From positions 1 through 64,000 of the forward strand of contig JAXLNO010000396.1 in NCBI GenBank assembly GCA_038087875.1: DNA of 64,000 bases, read 5' to 3'. This DNA comes from Malacoraja senta (Eukaryota). Below the pieces are notes generated by a model, which made no database searches, was not told the DNA's origin, and saw only the letters and a program-made list of their open reading frames with translations. A program made the translations under genes and the position numbers. Shown here piece by piece: positions 63,403-64,000 of this stretch; within the stretch, counting starts at the first letter, position 1, and each line of letters opens with the position of its first letter.

Positions 63403-63805
63403 CCAAAAGATTTTTTTTGAAAATGCAAAAGGTTTGCTTTGAAAATGCAGAAGATTGGATTGAATATGCAAATGGTTTGGCTTGAAAATGCAACTGGATT
63501 GCTTTGAAAATGCAAATGATGGTTTGTTTTGAAAATACAAATGTGGTTTGGTTTGAAAATGCAAATGGTGGTTTGGTTTGAAAATGCAAATGATGGTTTG
63601 GTTTGAAAATGGAAAAGGAGGTTTGGTTTGAAAATGCAAAAAGGTTTGCTTTGAAAATGCAAAAGGTTTGCTTTGAAAATGCAAAAAGTGGTTTGCTTTG
63701 AAAATGCAAAAGGTGGTTTGGTTTGAAAATGCAAATGATTGTTTGGTTTGGATATGCAAAACGCGGTTTTGTTTGGAAATGCATTCACGTGGTTTGGTTT
63801 GAAAA
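63403..63805 (-). repeat. Inverted block of the satellite
   Basis: Monomers read GAAAATGCAAA..GGTTTG(C/G)TTT, the reverse complement of the array. Confidence 0.97.
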
Positions 63806-64000
63806 GCATTTTCAAAACAAACCATCATTTGCATTTTCAAAGCAAACCATTTGCATTTTCAAACCAAACCTTTTGCATTTTCAAAAAAAATCTTTTGGAT
63901 TTTGAAAGCAAACCAACATTTGCATTTTCAAAGCAAACTACCATTTGCATTTCCAAAACAAACCACCGTTTGCATTTTCAAAGCAAACCACCTTTTACAT

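Larger units (their letters stand above)
40742..64000. repeat. Satellite array (>23 kb, runs off the window). The 25-bp monomer is GCATTTTCAAA(G/C)CAAACCACC(T/A)TTT, with a 22-bp variant 3 bp shorter.
   Basis: Directly visible. The 25-aa and 22-aa periodicities in the ORF track each equal three monomers. Confidence 0.99.

Noticed and set aside
40774..63905. Dozens of long ORFs (up to 607 aa) rich in F/K/Q/H/S
   Set aside because: The consensus monomer has no stop codon on the plus strand, and 25 or 22 bp rotates the frame. All frames give the same periodic peptide, so these are satellite artefacts.
40742..64000. CRISPR-like array of ~25-bp repeats
   Set aside because: Monomers are head-to-tail with no unique spacers, there are no cas genes, and the context is vertebrate.

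Overview
This is eukaryotic, repeat-dominated vertebrate DNA. The CR1/HER1-like LINE tails, the Penelope-type inverted repeats and a GPR139-like receptor point to a cartilaginous fish, probably a skate or ray (inference, not tested). The first ~40.7 kb is a transposon graveyard: CR1, L2/Crack-like, Rex1/Babar, RTEX-like, L1, Gypsy, a TA-flanked MITE, and micro- and minisatellites. It holds one intact-looking host gene, a two-exon class A GPCR on the minus strand (31099-31018 joined to 30034-29127, 329 aa). An L1 > Rex1 > Gypsy triple nest occupies 18.9-29.0 kb. From ~40.74 kb to the window end runs a 25/22-bp satellite. It has multi-scale duplications, a fold-back inversion, dense POU-octamer (ATTTGCAT) sites, and two copies of a split LTR stuffed with out-of-order Gypsy pol fragments. 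I found no prokaryotic features, CRISPR arrays, tRNA or rRNA genes. I cannot demonstrate a new protein-coding system. The best candidates for novelty are the satellite with its scrambled LTR cassette, the hammerhead-like micro-insertion and the atypical orphan GPCR. All family assignments come from motif recognition by eye, without database searches.
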